The notes under the pieces: generated by a model | What the model was told of the DNA's origin: nothing | Database searches by the model: none | The model's input: the letters and a program-made list of their open reading frames with translations, nothing else | Shown: piece after piece, positions 62,082 to 64,000 of the stretch | How positions within the stretch are numbered: the first letter of the stretch is position 1 | Layout of the letters: the number at the start of each line of letters is the position of its first letter | Made by a program: the position numbers and the translations under genes | Virus record (IMG/VR): IMGVR_UViG_3300007735_000799 | Coordinates: 32,001 to 96,000 of that record | From: a virus | Length of the DNA stretch: 64,000 nt | Direction: 5' to 3' (one strand)

Positions 62082-63182
62082 CTATTCGGTAATTTCAGCA
62101 GACTCTTTAATTGATTTCATACCAGCAATAATCATTGCTTTTGTTTGCTTATCGTAGGAATTTATGATTTCTTTAATTCTTTCAACAGCGTCAGCAGCGT
62201 TCATTTTACGAATCTTTGCGTCAATCTCAGCCTGCTTTGGGTCAACAGCCTCTTCAACTTCTTCTTTCTTAACAGGCTTGCTTGGCTTGCCGGTAATCTT
62301 GTAAAGAGTATCACCTTCGCCGTGTTGAACGGAAATCTTGTAGCCTTGCTGGCGAAGAGCGTTCAAGTCAACCTTGGTTTTCTTTAAAGACTTCCACTCG
62401 GCTTCGGTAACAACCTCTTCCTTCTGAATCTTTTCCTTGGTAACAAAGATGCTTGCAGGCTCGCCTACATCAACCACATACCCACCGCCGTGCTGCTGTG
62501 CCTTGCTTGTGCCACCGTCATCGTAGCGAATAATCCTGCCAGACACCATCTTGCCCTTGTGAGGAACCTTTACCTTGTCGCCGTCTTTAAACGCTTCAGC
62601 AATCTGAACATCTTCACCCATCATTGAGCCTTTAGGACTCATGCTACGCACAATGTCAACTCCCGAGAAGCCTAGACCCTTGCCGTAATTGAATCCACCG
62701 CTAATTGCACCATCGTAAGCACCGCCAACCTGAACTGAATTGCTTGGAAACTGCTTTCTAACAGCATCGTATACACTCTTGCCGAAACGATCTAGCAGTT
62801 CTTTGTTGCTGGCAATTATATTGCCAGTATCAACGGTTATGCCTTCAAAACCACCGTGAAACAATCCTGAAGTGTCTTTAGGCGTCATATACCGAACATC
62901 AAAACGACTTTGAGCCACAATCTTGTATTGTTTGCCAGCGTCGTTCAGCACCTTCTTAAAGAAATTTACAAGTTCAGGTGAAGCACTCTTGCCGTAGACA
63001 CGAAGCATAAACCCGCTAACCGCAAACTTAACATCACCGTCTTCGTCTGCACTCATGGCTTTCAAGAGTTCCATGTTGTAGTTAAAAGGTGCAACTGTGC
63101 CTAGTTGCTTGGCTTCAGCAATAGGCTGTGGGTTAACAATCTGATTTGCGGCTTCGGCTAGTCTTTTGGCGGTTCCTGACAT
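62082..63182 (-). CDS. candidate multi-segment internal head protein
   Basis: Repeated LAE-A, IAE-A, VTE-A, IKE-S sites; SH3-like segment; CTAAATA at 63206..63212. Confidence 0.6.
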   Translation of the reverse strand: MSGTAKRLAEAANQIVNPQPIAEAKQLGTVAPFNYNMELLKAMSADEDGDVKFAVSGFMLRVYGKSASPELVNFFKKVLNDAGKQYKIVAQSRFDVRYMTPKDTSGLFHGGFEGITVDTGNIIASNKELLDRFGKSVYDAVRKQFPSNSVQVGGAYDGAISGGFNYGKGLGFSGVDIVRSMSPKGSMMGEDVQIAEAFKDGDKVKVPHKGKMVSGRIIRYDDGGTSKAQQHGGGYVVDVGEPASIFVTKEKIQKEEVVTEAEWKSLKKTKVDLNALRQQGYKISVQHGEGDTLYKITGKPSKPVKKEEVEEAVDPKQAEIDAKIRKMNAADAVERIKEIINSYDKQTKAMIIAGMKSIKESAEITE

Positions 63183-63208
63183 GGGTATATCTCCTGTTAA
63201 TCTTATAT

Positions 63209-64000
63209 TTAGGTGTTTAAGAGTGCTTCCATCGGTATGCCACCTGGAGCATCCGACCCGAAATCGTATAGGATATAGGTGGCTGTTATAGGTTGAGCGG
63301 ATATCCGAACTGTTTCTCGCTCACGAGTATTTTTAGTAGACAGTTTCAGAGTCAACTTGATTTTGTCGCTAGCATCAGGATTAAACAAGAATTCTTTATC
63401 GTTGGTGCGATACTCTATGGTTACAGGCAGCACGGTATCTGTCACGGTTGCTCCGGCTCCTGATTTAATTCCTCGTTTCAACAACTCTACAAACTTGGCT
63501 CTTTCTACAGGTTCGTCGCCAGGATACTGTGGTTTATCAAACGGCAAGGCTCCTAGTTTAAGGGCTTTTTTAATTTGACTTTCCAAGTCTTCAGAACGCA
63601 TTTTAGCAAACTCTAAAGCCTTTTGATAGTTGTAACTCCAAGACTGTAGGGGATACTGACTTTTGTATGGAGCAGTGCAAACCCAAGATTTGCCTTGTTG
63701 TTTCCACTTACCTAACTTGTTTAGTTCTGCCAACGACATGGCTTTGCCACGGTATATCAGTTGTCCTGCTTTAGGCAGCATCCACGATGATTTGTTTTGA
63801 CAGTTAATCAAGTCACGGAAAAACGGGTACACTTGCTGCTTCTGCTCAGGAGTGGCAGTCATAAGACGATCACCAAAAAAGTCTTCTAGGTTTCGTCTAA
63901 CATTATTGGTGTAATGCAGCAACTGTAGGATTTGAAAATTGTCTATTTGCTTCAACAGTTCATCGGTATTACCAAACTCAAATAGTCTTGGTGCTCCACG
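63209..64000 (-). CDS. ADP-ribosyltransferase-like protein 5, N-terminus beyond window
   Basis: Frame open to base 64000 (RGAPRLFEFGNTDELLKQ); YRG, QSWS, RERET. Confidence 0.68.
   Translation of the reverse strand, partial: RGAPRLFEFGNTDELLKQIDNFQILQLLHYTNNVRRNLEDFFGDRLMTATPEQKQQVYPFFRDLINCQNKSSWMLPKAGQLIYRGKAMSLAELNKLGKWKQQGKSWVCTAPYKSQYPLQSWSYNYQKALEFAKMRSEDLESQIKKALKLGALPFDKPQYPGDEPVERAKFVELLKRGIKSGAGATVTDTVLPVTIEYRTNDKEFLFNPDASDKIKLTLKLSTKNTRERETVRISAQPITATYILYDFGSDAPGGIPMEALLNT

Noticed and set aside
1-64000. Stop-codon reassignment
   Set aside because: Core genes are full length in the standard code and no suppressor tRNA was seen

Overview
The window is a 64-kb segment of a large T4-like (myovirus-type) dsDNA phage genome, with almost all genes on the minus strand. 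It holds (i) the replication module gp45-gp44-gp62-regA-gp43-uvsX, interrupted by a candidate DNA-modification cassette (dut, DUF1599/Nmad1-like, Mom-like GNAT, SAM-decarboxylase-like, N4C/N6A methyltransferase); (ii) 17 recognisable tRNA genes without encoded CCA, interleaved with gmd, fcl, guaC and purA, including a rare Ser(ACT) and a tRNA-Lys(TTT) split by a 185-nt group I intron beside a free-standing HNH nuclease; (iii) lysis/membrane genes including an outer-membrane beta-barrel; (iv) GC-rich early blocks whose sigma70-type promoters appear to make leaderless mRNAs and carry a repeated ATTATCGGAC box, with a MoxR AAA+ and VWA/HExxH pair; (v) many late genes beginning with a T4 capsid-targeting-like peptide, five of them paralogous R-S-ExE ADP-ribosyltransferase-like proteins; (vi) an AT-rich late cluster of cysteine-rich helical proteins, four of which are 495-581 aa paralogues with hydrophobic hairpins and a 68-bp nucleotide-identical core. 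The strongest candidates for an undescribed system are the packaged ART-like array, the Cys-rich hairpin family and the Mom/SpeD/MTase cassette. All family calls are by motif recognition from the sequence; no searches were run and the host cannot be named.
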